Made by a program: the position numbers and the translations under genes
Assembly: GCA_012514745.1 (NCBI GenBank)
Contig: JAAYZR010000025.1
Span: forward strand, 18,930-82,929
Source: Candidatus Undivivens industriae
Lineage (GTDB): Bacteria; Omnitrophota; Gorgyraeia; Gygaellales; Profunditerraquicolaceae
Length of the DNA: 64,000 nt
Reading direction: 5' to 3'
The notes under the pieces: model-generated
Databases searched by the model: none
What the model was told of the DNA's origin: nothing
Seen by the model: the letters and a program-made list of their open reading frames with translations, nothing else
In this document: piece by piece, positions 27,785 through 39,380 of the stretch
Position numbering within the stretch: position 1 is the stretch's first letter
Layout of the letters: every line of letters starts with the position of its first letter

Positions 27785-29184
27785 CAAATAACGAGCTCCA
27801 GTTCAAAATCGGTAAATTCCCCGTCCTTGGTCTTTTTTTTGCGGGTATATTTCGTCTGTATATCTTTGAAATATTTGGATTCCTCAAGGGTAGTCACGAA
27901 TTTATAAACGTCCGACAACTGGGGCCCCCTGCCCCTGATCTTTACGCTCCGCTGGTCCATATCGAAAGCGGTGACCGATATCTCCGCAGGAATGGCGTTG
28001 AACAATTGTTTCATAACCGATAACGGTTTGTTCCTGGCGGAGAGATAATCCCTGATGAAACCGATCTTGCCCAGCCTGCCGAACAATTCCCCCATATCTC
28101 CTTCTATTCCCGCAGCTTTGCCTTCAAGCTCCTGAAGATAATTCTGGCGGGCATACATCCTGGAAAGAAATACCGCGCATACAACTGTGAGTATGTATAT
28201 TAACGTGCTGCCTAAAACGAGCAGCAGCCGTATTTTTTCCTTCAAAGACTTGCGTATCTGTATTTCCGGCACGAGGAAAAAGAAACCTTCTTCCTCCTGG
28301 TGAGAGGCCAGGGCGGCGACCCCGGAAAAAGAAACGTCCCTTTTGCCCGGAGCGGCCATATTCTGCCCGCAGGGCGCCGAAAAAAGCGTGACCGGGATGT
28401 TAAGCTCCGAACCTACCGTAGAGCTGAAATGCCCGACAAGATCAGCCCCTCCCAGGAATATACGCGCCGGCTTGCGGTTGATCTCCTCGTTATAAAAAAT
28501 TATGAGCGACTGTTTCAACTCGCCTATGAGCTTGGATATACCGGCTTCCGGAGTCATCTCGATGTCCCTGGCGCCGATGTTTATACTGCGGGTAAAAATA
28601 AGCTTATCGCGGTCGCAGATAATAAAATCCGTAAAGTCACGGTCCACATCCAGCAAAATATAGATATCCTGTCCGGAAAGTTCCCCGCGATAGACGGAGA
28701 CCACCGATCTCCACACCCCGTATGAACTCAAGCTAACCCTGTCGATGAAAAGGCCGGCCTTTTCCAGCATATTCACCTGTTTTCTCACCGCCCCGATATT
28801 GATGATCGCCAGAAGCACCTTGCCGTACCCCATCTCGTCCACGCCGAGAAAACTGTAGGAATAAATGATCTCCTCTTTTTTGTAGGGAACGATCCTGACC
28901 ATGTGCAGTTCTACCATCTCCGCTATTTCTTTTGGGTCCTGAGAAGGCAAATGCAGGTTCCTGACGGTAACCAGGCTGCGCTGCAGGCAGAGCGTAGCCT
29001 TTCCGGGGACAATCTTGTGGCGGTCAAGCAGTTCAGCCGCTTTTACGGAGATCTGCTCGTCCGTGAGCGAAACTATGTTCTCGGAAAGACAAAGCGAATC
29101 CCTAAGTCTGCCTTCGTTATCCGGGAAGCCGGAAACAAGTTTCAGGCTGGATTGGTCTATTTCTATGGCAACGGGTGATTTCAT
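27784..29184 (-). CDS. GspL-like / PilM-PilN fusion (cytoplasmic actin-like ATPase fold + TM + periplasmic domain)
   Basis: 466 aa. N-terminal PilM-like actin-fold region, one TM (LLLVLGSTLIYILTVVCAVFL) and a C-terminal PilN/GspL periplasmic region. Confidence 0.6.
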   Translation of the reverse strand: MKSPVAIEIDQSSLKLVSGFPDNEGRLRDSLCLSENIVSLTDEQISVKAAELLDRHKIVPGKATLCLQRSLVTVRNLHLPSQDPKEIAEMVELHMVRIVPYKKEEIIYSYSFLGVDEMGYGKVLLAIINIGAVRKQVNMLEKAGLFIDRVSLSSYGVWRSVVSVYRGELSGQDIYILLDVDRDFTDFIICDRDKLIFTRSINIGARDIEMTPEAGISKLIGELKQSLIIFYNEEINRKPARIFLGGADLVGHFSSTVGSELNIPVTLFSAPCGQNMAAPGKRDVSFSGVAALASHQEEEGFFFLVPEIQIRKSLKEKIRLLLVLGSTLIYILTVVCAVFLSRMYARQNYLQELEGKAAGIEGDMGELFGRLGKIGFIRDYLSARNKPLSVMKQLFNAIPAEISVTAFDMDQRSVKIRGRGPQLSDVYKFVTTLEESKYFKDIQTKYTRKKKTKDGEFTDFELELVI

Positions 29185-29238
29185 ATCTTCTACGGTAAAA
29201 ACGGCGTTCTATCAGATTATATTTATACTCTCTTTCCC

Positions 29239-29690
29239 TAAATTCCGGGGGAACCTCGCAAATACAGTGATTCTCTTTCGAGAATCCCTTGCGACCTTTC
29301 GCTCCGCTCTGTACCTTAGCCTAATCTAAATAGCCCCTTGCCCTTATGCGGAATTGGGCAAGTGTTCCCCCGTGGGAAGCGAATTTTGCCACTGCAAAAA
29401 TGTATCCCCGGAATTTGTTATAGCTTTCGCTTTCCCTTCTCACAGCAACAAATCAATGCTTACCTCTATTCTACAAATTCCGGGGGAACCTCGCAAATAC
29501 AGTGATTCTCTTTCGAGAATCCCTTGCGACCTTTCGCTCCGCTCTGTACCTTAGCCTAATCTATAACACCCTGCCCTAATTGAGAAACAGGTGTTCACCA
29601 GTGTGAAAGTATTCCCCAGCGATAGCACCTTGCCCTTATGCGGAATTGGGCAAGTGTTCCCCCGTGGGAAGCGACTTTTGCCACTGCAAA
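29239..29690. repeat. Duplicated intergenic module (A1-B1 ... A2-B2) between gspF and the gspL-like gene
   Basis: Unit A (about 88 bp; 29241-29328 and 29476-29563) and unit B (about 64 bp; 29336-29400 and 29628-29690) each occur twice at over 95% identity. A1-B1 is bounded by inverted AAATTCCGGGGG / CCCCGGAATTT ends (29239-29251 and 29408-29421) that share the REP core. Confidence 0.7.
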
Positions 29691-29698
29691 ATTCGGGT

Positions 29699-30919
29699 TC
29701 AATGCACCAGTTCCGTTATCTGGAATATGGGAAGGAGAACGGAAAGGACTATTGTCCCCAGTATCGCCCCCATCCCGAGTATAAGCATCGGTTCAAGCAA
29801 AGAAGAAACGAGCGCTATATCGGATTCCACTTCCTGGGTATAGGAAGACGCCACCTCGTCGAGCACCTCGGACAGCCTGCCCGACTCCTCTCCGACGGCT
29901 ACCATCCTGGTGAAAAAAACCGGCAGGTCCGTGTAATTCTGCAGGCATTTGGCGATGCTCTGCCCGGAGGCTATGTCCCTCCCCGCCTTTGCCAGCCCTT
30001 CCTTCAACCTGTTGTCCTCCACGGTGAGCGTCGCGATATCCAGCGACTTCAGCGCGGGGACGCCGCTTTTTAAAAGCAGGCTCAACCCGCTGGCAAAATA
30101 CGCCAGTTCCTGATTCATTGCCATCCTTTTCAACAGCGGCACGCGCCGTTTCAATCTGGTGGCCGTGTCGCGAAAAAAACGGTTGCCCTTCACGCGCAGC
30201 AAAAGCAGGATCCCCGCCGCGCATCCGATCACTACCGCGGGCCACCACTTCCGGCTGAAATCGCTTACCCGGAAAATAACCCCTGTTATGAAAGGGAGCT
30301 TCCCTCCCATGCCGGAAAATACCGGTTTAAGGCTGGGGAGCACGTAGTTTATGAGAATGAATATGCTGACCGCTCCGACTATCAGCAGGACGGCCGGATA
30401 CGCCAGAGCGGTCTTGACCTTATTGGACAAGGCGGCGTCCCTGCCCATAAATCCGGCTATCTGCTCGAAACTCAAGTCAAGCCTTCCGCTGGTCTCTCCG
30501 GCCTTGATGATGTTGATAAAAAGCGGAGAGAAGTATTCCGGATAAACGGCAAGGGCCGCGGAAAAAACCTTCCCTTCCTTGACGCTGTTATAAAGTCCCT
30601 GCACGACTTCGCGCATCTTCTGATTATCGGTCTGCTCGTAGATTATCTTGAGACTGGCGAGCAGTTCCACCCGCGCGCGTATAAGCGTGGTAAGTTTCTT
30701 GGTGAAGATATGGATGTCGGCGGGAGAAACGCGTTTATTCATCAGCCAGGAGCCGGCGGAGTTCCGCGATTTTGCTTCCGGCGGAAGCTCGCGTATAGAG
30801 ATAGGGAAAAGTTCTGCGGCGATAATTTTATTCAGCGCCTCGGCTTCGCTGGAGGATTCGATCACGCCTTCTACATGTTTGTCCAGCCCGCGCTTGGCTT
30901 TATAGGCGAACTTGGGCAT
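29699..30919 (-). CDS. gspF: Type II secretion / type IV pilus platform protein GspF/PilC
   Basis: 406 aa with two T2SS-F domains and 3 TM segments. Confidence 0.85.
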   Translation of the reverse strand: MPKFAYKAKRGLDKHVEGVIESSSEAEALNKIIAAELFPISIRELPPEAKSRNSAGSWLMNKRVSPADIHIFTKKLTTLIRARVELLASLKIIYEQTDNQKMREVVQGLYNSVKEGKVFSAALAVYPEYFSPLFINIIKAGETSGRLDLSFEQIAGFMGRDAALSNKVKTALAYPAVLLIVGAVSIFILINYVLPSLKPVFSGMGGKLPFITGVIFRVSDFSRKWWPAVVIGCAAGILLLLRVKGNRFFRDTATRLKRRVPLLKRMAMNQELAYFASGLSLLLKSGVPALKSLDIATLTVEDNRLKEGLAKAGRDIASGQSIAKCLQNYTDLPVFFTRMVAVGEESGRLSEVLDEVASSYTQEVESDIALVSSLLEPMLILGMGAILGTIVLSVLLPIFQITELVH

Positions 30920-30920
30920 G

Positions 30921-32612
30921 TTATTCCCTTCCCCACTCTACCACGCGCAGCAGCTCTTCCGGAGTTGTCTGTCCCAGGCGGACCTTTTCCAACCCGGCTT
31001 TCTTCAACGTGGTCGCCCCCAACTCCAGGGCCTTGGCCTTGATCTGCGATGCGGAAGCTTTATTCAGGATAAGGGAACGTATCTCTTCATCCACGAAGAA
31101 TATCTCATGGATAGCGGTGCGGCCTTTATAGCCGATGAATTTGCAAAGTTCGCACCCCTTGCCGCGGTATATCTTCATATCGCGGAATTCCTCCGGGAGC
31201 GCCCCTTTATCCTTGACTTCCTCCTTGCAAGCCGGGCAGATTACCCGGACAAGACGCTGGGAAATAAAGGCGTTTACCGAAGAAGCGACGAGATACGGTT
31301 CTATGCCTATATCAAGCAGCCTGGTCGCTCCGCTGGCCGCGTCGTTGGTATGCAGGGTGGAGAAAATCAGGTGGCCCGTCAAAGAAGTCCTTATGGCGAG
31401 TTCCGCCGTTTCCAGGTCCCTGACCTCTCCGACCATCATTATGTCCGGGTCATGCCTGAGTATGCTGCGCAGGGCGTTGGCGAAAGTAAACCCTATCTCC
31501 GGCTTGATCTGGATCTGCATCACGCCGCCGAGCTCGTATTCGATAGGGTCCTCTATGGTTATGATCTTCACAGCTTCTTTGTTGAGTTTGCTGAGGCAGG
31601 CATACAAGGTGGTGGTTTTTCCGCTGCCGGTGGGGCCGGTCACAAAGATTATCCCGTGCGGTTTCTGCATCATGGTCTCTATTTTCTTCAGGTCTTCCGG
31701 GAAGAAACCGAGGTCATCCAGGTTGAAAAGCAGCTGCACCGGCAGGATCCTTATAACCACGTTCTCCCCGTATATGGAGGGGATAATCGAGATACGCAAG
31801 TCCACCTGGCGGTCCTGTATCTTGATGATCGCCCTGCCGTCCTGGGGAAGCCGTTTTTCCACCACGTTCAGGTTGGAGATTATCTTTATACGCGAGACGA
31901 CGGCGGAATGCAGATGTTTGATCGCCTCCGGCACGCGCATATCATATAAAATACCGTCTATCCTGTATCTAACCCGCACGTAATCGCGGAATGTTTCCAG
32001 GTGTATATCCGTGGCCCTGGCGTTGACCGATTCCGAGAGGATCTGGTTGACCAGCTTTATGACCGAAGCGTCCTCGGCGGTCTTGCCCATATCCCCGATA
32101 TCCTGTATCTCCTCCAGCGTTTCGTATCTGGATTGTTTGCCTTTGCCGGTTTTTTCCTGAGTGAGGATCTCCTCCACGGTATCCGCGCCGACCCCGTAAT
32201 AACGTTTTATGCCGGCGAGGATCTCTTCCTGCGTGGCCAGCACTCTTTCGATGTCGAATCCAAGATGCAGCTTTAGATCTTCCAGAAGCCAAACCGCCAG
32301 GGGATCGGAGACGGCGACGGTAAGGACATTCCCTTTCAGTTTTACCGGCATGAATTTGTAATGCTGGATGAACTTCGGGGACACGGCGTTGATGACTTCC
32401 TGCGGAATATCAAGCTGCTGAAGACTGGGATAATACGGGATACCCAGCTGCTCTCCCAGCGCCATAAGTAATTTCTCCTGGGTCACAAGCTTCATGCGAA
32501 GCAGGGTTTTACCGATCAATTCTCCGCTGATGCGGCTTTCCTTGAGAGCGCGCTCCAACTGCTCGCGGTTGAGCAGCCCTCTCTGCACCAGAAATTCCCC
32601 TATCTTGGTCAT
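30921..32612 (-). CDS. gspE: Type II secretion / type IV pilus assembly ATPase GspE/PilB
   Basis: N-terminal GSPII_E_N domain, Walker A GPTGSGKTT, Asp box, His box and tetracysteine CPAC...CELC. AAGGGAG SD sits in the 11-nt gap after the atpD stop. Confidence 0.85.
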   Translation of the reverse strand: MTKIGEFLVQRGLLNREQLERALKESRISGELIGKTLLRMKLVTQEKLLMALGEQLGIPYYPSLQQLDIPQEVINAVSPKFIQHYKFMPVKLKGNVLTVAVSDPLAVWLLEDLKLHLGFDIERVLATQEEILAGIKRYYGVGADTVEEILTQEKTGKGKQSRYETLEEIQDIGDMGKTAEDASVIKLVNQILSESVNARATDIHLETFRDYVRVRYRIDGILYDMRVPEAIKHLHSAVVSRIKIISNLNVVEKRLPQDGRAIIKIQDRQVDLRISIIPSIYGENVVIRILPVQLLFNLDDLGFFPEDLKKIETMMQKPHGIIFVTGPTGSGKTTTLYACLSKLNKEAVKIITIEDPIEYELGGVMQIQIKPEIGFTFANALRSILRHDPDIMMVGEVRDLETAELAIRTSLTGHLIFSTLHTNDAASGATRLLDIGIEPYLVASSVNAFISQRLVRVICPACKEEVKDKGALPEEFRDMKIYRGKGCELCKFIGYKGRTAIHEIFFVDEEIRSLILNKASASQIKAKALELGATTLKKAGLEKVRLGQTTPEELLRVVEWGRE

Positions 32613-32623
32613 TTACTCCCTTT

Positions 32624-34885
<2,262 letters not shown>

Positions 34886-34889
<4 letters not shown>

Positions 34890-36370
34890 CCCCGGTTCTC
34901 CTGATCCCGGAGCGAAGAGAAGAACTCCTCGATCTCCGCGTCCAGGGCGGTTTTTATTTCGTCGCTGAGATCGCGCTTGGAATCCAGGAGTCCGGCGAGC
35001 TCCGAATCCGTGTCCGTCAGATAAGTGAAAAATCCCTCTTTGAACGCCTTGACTTCTTGCGCGCCGCGTTTTTCCAGGGCGCCGCTCTTAAGGGCGTAGA
35101 AAGTCACGATCTCCTCTATCGTCGAGACCGGCCTGCCGTTCTCCTGGGTGAGAAGCTCCCTCAATATCTCGCCGCGTTTCATCTGGCGCATGGCCTCATC
35201 GGAAAGTTTGGTCCTCAACCTGGTCAAGCGCAGCAATTCCCGGTATTGCGCGTATTCCAAACGCAGCCCGCCGCTGACCTTTTTTACCGCGGGGCACTGC
35301 ACCTTGCTTCCGATACGGGAGACGGAAAGCCCCATGTCTATGGCCGGCTTGAAACCTTCGTGAAAAAGCGACGCGTTAAGATAAACCTGCCCGTCGGTCA
35401 TGGAAACGAGGTTGGACTGCACGTAACCGGTGATGTCGCCCTGCAGGGTGGAAACGATCGGCAGAAAAGTCATGGTCCCGCCTCCGTGTTCCGGTTTGAG
35501 CTTGCCCGCCCTTTCCATAAGCTGCGAATGGATATAAAAGATATCTCCCGGATAAGCCTCTCTTCCGGGCGGGCGCTCCAGCAGAAGCGACATCTGCCTG
35601 TAAGCCCAGGCGTGCTTTATGAGATCATCGAATACCACCAGCACATCGCGGCCATGGAACATAAAATATTCTCCGATGGCGGAGGCGGAATACGGGCAGA
35701 GATATTGTTCCGCCGAGGATGTGGCGGCGGTCGAAGCCATCACAATGGTATAATCCAGCGCGTCCTTCTGCGCCAGAAGCGAGACAGCGCGTTTGAGGCT
35801 GGTATAGCTGCCGCCTATGCAGACGTATATACAGACGACGTCTTTGCCTTTCTGGTTTATGATGGCGTCTATGCCGATGCTGCTCTTTCCGGTCTGGCGG
35901 TCCCCTATCAGCAGTTCCCTCTGGCCTTTGCCTACCGGAATGGCCAGATCGATGATCTTGATGCCGGTCTCAAGCGGATCTACGACCGGGTCACGCTCTA
36001 TAACTCCCATCGCCTCGCGGAACACAGGGTAGTGCTCGGACGCGGTTATCACGCCTTTATCATCGAGAGGCCTGCCGGCGCAATCCACTACCCTTCCCAG
36101 GTAACCGTCCCCCACCGGGACGGTCAATAACTCGGAACGGCTGACCAGAGTATCCCCCATCCTGATATTGCTGTCGTCTCCCAGGGAAACGATAAGCACC
36201 GACTCGGGGTTAAAACCGAGTATCAACCCCTTGGTCCCGTTGGAGAGATCCACAAGCTGGCCGTAAATACAGGAAGGCAGTCCCGATGCCATGACTATAC
36301 CCTGGCGCACCTCCTGCACCCGTCCTACTTCGCTGATGTCCAGATTAGGTATATGCGGTTGATTGCTCAT
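34886..36370 (-). CDS. atpA: F-type ATP synthase alpha subunit
   Basis: GDRQTGKS P-loop with F1 alpha core. Overlaps atpG by 4 nt. Confidence 0.9.
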
Positions 36371-36432
36371 GCTGTTCCTTAAGCAGCCCCGAAGAATGGG
36401 GCAGAATGATGTCCGCGGGGAAAAAGAAAACG

Positions 36433-37161
36433 CTATTTGCCCGGGCCGTTCTTGAGAAAAGGTATGACCTTGCGTAATTTATTCCTGAGACTGGCGTCTA
36501 TCACCAGGTCTCCGGTCTGAATCACTATACCGGTGATCAAATCCGGGTCCACATCTTCGTTTATTTCGACATCCGTCTTCATCTTGCGCGAAAGCAGGTC
36601 TTTCAGCTTCGCGCGCTCTTCTTCCTCCAGCGGGCAGCTCGAGGATATCCTCACCGAGCCTGTGCCAACCGAGAACTTCTCTTCGTCAAGTCCCTCTATC
36701 TCGCCGGTGATCTCTTTTATGATCTGCCTCTGGAGACTGCTTCTTCCATCGCCGCTGAAGGCGTACCTGATCATCTCCGTGGCCAGAGCTATTGCCTTTT
36801 CTGCCGTCTGAGATTCCATGCTCTGCCGGAGCTTATCCAGTTCTTCCTTACCGTGCAGAACGGCCTTGCGGCTGTTCTCCCTGGCCTGCTCTTCGGAGTG
36901 GGCAAGGATGCTTTCCGTCTCTTTCTTGGCCGCCTCGACCATGCTTTTCGCCTCCTGCCTGCCTTTTTCGACCTCAGCGATCCTCTCCGCCTTGGCTTTC
37001 TCCAACTCCTCCCGCAGCGCGGCTTCCTTCATCAGCGCCTTTTCGTTAAGATCGCGCAGGCGCCGCAAAGCGGAATTAAGATGGTTGTAGAAAAGGAACC
37101 GCAGTATGAATATCAATCCCACGAAAGTCACGATCTGTATCAAGGCCAGCTGAAGAAGCAT
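36433..37161 (-). CDS. F-type ATP synthase b subunit fused to a delta (OSCP)-like C-terminal domain
   Basis: N-terminal TM plus a long charged helix typical of subunit b. The C-terminal part (EIEGLDEEKFSVGTGSVRISSSCPLEEEERAKLKDLLSRKMKTDVEINEDVDPDLITGIVIQTGDLVIDASLRNKLRKV) resembles the delta C-terminus. Confidence 0.6.
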   Translation of the reverse strand: MLLQLALIQIVTFVGLIFILRFLFYNHLNSALRRLRDLNEKALMKEAALREELEKAKAERIAEVEKGRQEAKSMVEAAKKETESILAHSEEQARENSRKAVLHGKEELDKLRQSMESQTAEKAIALATEMIRYAFSGDGRSSLQRQIIKEITGEIEGLDEEKFSVGTGSVRISSSCPLEEEERAKLKDLLSRKMKTDVEINEDVDPDLITGIVIQTGDLVIDASLRNKLRKVIPFLKNGPGK

Positions 37162-37220
37162 CTGCTTCGCTCCGGGTTAAAGTCCCGGCCAGGCCCATTA
37201 CGGGGCCCGGCGCCGGGATG

Positions 37221-37430
37221 TCATTTAAAAAGATTGAATACTATAAGCAGGGCGATGACGGCGATCGCCTCCGCGAATAAAAAAGCGCTGATCATGGCCA
37301 GCATGACCCTCGGGGTGGCGGAAGGATTACGCCCTATGGCCTGGACGGAAGCATACCCCACAAAGGCTATTACAAGGGCGGGCCCCAGGGTGCTCAAGAA
37401 CATTATCAGGAGTATGGTCAGGTTACGCAT
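37221..37430 (-). CDS. atpE: F-type ATP synthase c subunit (proteolipid)
   Basis: 69-aa two-helix hairpin. The conserved carboxylate lies in AFLFAEAIAVIALL. Confidence 0.85.
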   Translation of the reverse strand: MRNLTILLIMFLSTLGPALVIAFVGYASVQAIGRNPSATPRVMLAMISAFLFAEAIAVIALLIVFNLFK

Positions 37431-37435
37431 AATAT

Positions 37436-37687
37436 CTATCCTTCCACAAGGATATCCAGAGAATTGTCCTGCAGAGCCGCGACCCCGTCCTTTATGAAAA
37501 TATTACGTTCCTGTCCCGGCATAGCGGAAGAGGCCGTTCTCAGCTTGACGTACCCGCTGCGCAGACGATACAGAAAAGGCTGGTGAAAATCGAGCACGCA
37601 AACCTCTCCGTCGCAGCCGGGAAGGATGACTTCTTTCGCCTCGCCCTCGAAAAGCTTCTCGTAAATGGTCAAAACCCTGGTCTTCAT
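37436..37687 (-). CDS. atpC: F-type ATP synthase epsilon subunit, N-terminal beta-sandwich domain only
   Basis: 83 aa. LFEGEAKEVILPGCDGEVCVLDFHQPFLYRLRSGYVKL aligns to the epsilon N-domain. The C-terminal inhibitory helices are absent. Confidence 0.65.
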   Translation of the reverse strand: MKTRVLTIYEKLFEGEAKEVILPGCDGEVCVLDFHQPFLYRLRSGYVKLRTASSAMPGQERNIFIKDGVAALQDNSLDILVEG

Positions 37688-37699
37688 GCCGTATGCGCG

Positions 37700-38497
37700 T
37701 TATTTGAACAGATACGCCTTCCAACGCTCACCCATATCCGTCATATCCCTGAATCCGTATATCTCCATAAAGAACGTTCTCCAGTCATTGTTGAGCTTAT
37801 TATCCCTTAGGGCCCTGCAAAAATCAATGAATTTCTCCTTCCCGTATTCCTGAATCAGGAATTCTACCACCGCCGCGGACTCCGCGTAGAAAACCTCCGG
37901 CATGAACAACCCGGGTTTGGTTATTTCCGTCAGTTTATCCAGATGAATGAACATGCTGGTCTTCACCAGCACCCGGGCTATCGCCGTGTATTGTCCGCCG
38001 TCTTTCTCCTGCGAACAGGCGATACCTTCGTCCAGCCATAAAGGAAGACGGCGGTCGTAGCCCACGAACTCCCTGAAAATAAGATGGGTCATTTCATGCG
38101 GCAGGGTGGTGTCCAGGAAACTCTTGGCGTAGAAAAAGGTGTCGATCCTGCGTTTGCGGACATTGGCGATGCCCCCCGACCAATGCGGCTGTTTGGTGCC
38201 GGCGAGATAGTCTTCCCGGGAAGGATAAAGATTAATGGTGCAGGCGTTGTCCCAGGTCCAGAAATTGAAACGCCGGAAACCCAGATTCTCGGTGATACTA
38301 TCGTAGTATTTCTCGGCCTTTTCAAGGACCTCGTCAACATAATGCTCCGGGTCGGACTTGTAATAGACCTTGAAATGCGTGCTTTTCTTTACCTGCCAGA
38401 GCTCGTTCGCCTCCCCGCGCCGGACAGGTAAAAGGAAGAAGGAGATCGGGATCAAAAGCGCCAAGAAGGGGCTTAGCGATCTATGGAGACACTGCAT
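37700..38497 (-). CDS. Secreted HExxH zinc metallopeptidase-like protein (gluzincin/peptidase-MA-like)
   Basis: Signal-like N-terminus, HEMTH motif and a downstream EGIACSQE as a candidate third ligand. The start is set at M25 (38497), 10 nt after the upstream stop. Confidence 0.5.
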   Translation of the reverse strand: MQCLHRSLSPFLALLIPISFFLLPVRRGEANELWQVKKSTHFKVYYKSDPEHYVDEVLEKAEKYYDSITENLGFRRFNFWTWDNACTINLYPSREDYLAGTKQPHWSGGIANVRKRRIDTFFYAKSFLDTTLPHEMTHLIFREFVGYDRRLPLWLDEGIACSQEKDGGQYTAIARVLVKTSMFIHLDKLTEITKPGLFMPEVFYAESAAVVEFLIQEYGKEKFIDFCRALRDNKLNNDWRTFFMEIYGFRDMTDMGERWKAYLFK

Positions 38498-38507
38498 AAG
38501 CGCTCTT

Positions 38508-39251
38508 TCATACCGCCGGTTTGCCGTCGTCCTGCTGAGAGGCGTTTTCTTTATCTTCGGAGGTCTCACGGCTCTCTTCGCCGAAAGTGGGCGTGGAGAT
38601 TACTTTGATCTGCGTCTGCCAGATAAAGTAGGAAGCGATTCCGATGAATCCGAGGAACAGTATTATTATCAGGATCAGTCTCCAGACCGCGGCAGCGGGA
38701 ACCGGTTTGGCCTGGGCGAGCAGTCCTCTGGCCGTGGACAGGTCCTCTTTCGCCGATTCCATCAGACGCTGGTTATCGCGGAACAGGGAGATGTGTCTTT
38801 CCGGGTTTACCGACTCGACTTTCTGGTTCTCCTCAATCATCTTGAGTTTGCGTTCGATGTTTTCTTTCAGAAAATTCACCCTCTCCCGAAAGTCCGTTTC
38901 CGCCAGCAGTTTTACCGTCTTATCGAGTTCAGAACGCATCGACTCTATCTCAGCCGCCGGGACCATCCAGACATCCATCATCTCTATTTCCCGTTCCACG
39001 CTCTCGCCCGGCGCCAGTTCATACTGACCGTAAACGAAATAAGACCCCTGCTGGTTGTCGTAACCCACTTCCAGGTCGCCTCTATCTATGATATGCTCCG
39101 GTTTGACTTCCTTGGGCAGATATACCTTGATGGGGACCGACTGCTTCTCGGTCTTGGAAGGGTTGAAAGCCATGGCCTTCAGGACTATGCCCGCGTGAGC
39201 GTCCGCGGCGCAGGCGAATAGGAAAAACAACAGGATGAATATCTTCTTCAT
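38508..39251 (-). CDS. Secreted protein with C-terminal TM anchor, unknown function
   Basis: Signal peptide MKKIFILLFFLFACAADAHA, a coiled-coil middle and a C-terminal TM (WRLILIIILFLGFIGIASYFIW) with an acidic tail. Confidence 0.5.
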   Translation of the reverse strand: MKKIFILLFFLFACAADAHAGIVLKAMAFNPSKTEKQSVPIKVYLPKEVKPEHIIDRGDLEVGYDNQQGSYFVYGQYELAPGESVEREIEMMDVWMVPAAEIESMRSELDKTVKLLAETDFRERVNFLKENIERKLKMIEENQKVESVNPERHISLFRDNQRLMESAKEDLSTARGLLAQAKPVPAAAVWRLILIIILFLGFIGIASYFIWQTQIKVISTPTFGEESRETSEDKENASQQDDGKPAV

Positions 39252-39380
39252 ATCGATCCCCCCTTCAATTCAAAATATCGCTCCATAGCCTATCGCGCTT
39301 GTTATGGATAAAACAACCGCTATTGCTAAAACATTACGGATTCTTCCGGTATTTACTATGGACAACGAGCCGGACCGCTG

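Noticed and set aside
29239-29690. Possible CRISPR array
   Set aside because: Only two copies of long (64-88 bp) units, with unequal spacers and internal REP-like inverted ends. There is no regular repeat-spacer periodicity and no cas genes.
29354-29843. Two plus-strand ORFs (66 and 65 aa), both beginning MGKCSPVGS(E/D)FCHCK
   Set aside because: They arise only because unit B of the intergenic repeat is duplicated. They lie antisense to operon polarity, have no SD, and their translations are low-complexity.
37700-38569. Longer N-terminal extension of the HExxH peptidase-like ORF, which overlaps the upstream gene by 62 nt
   Set aside because: The extension is Arg/Lys-rich with no signal peptide. 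The internal start at 38497 gives a signal-like N-terminus and removes the overlap.
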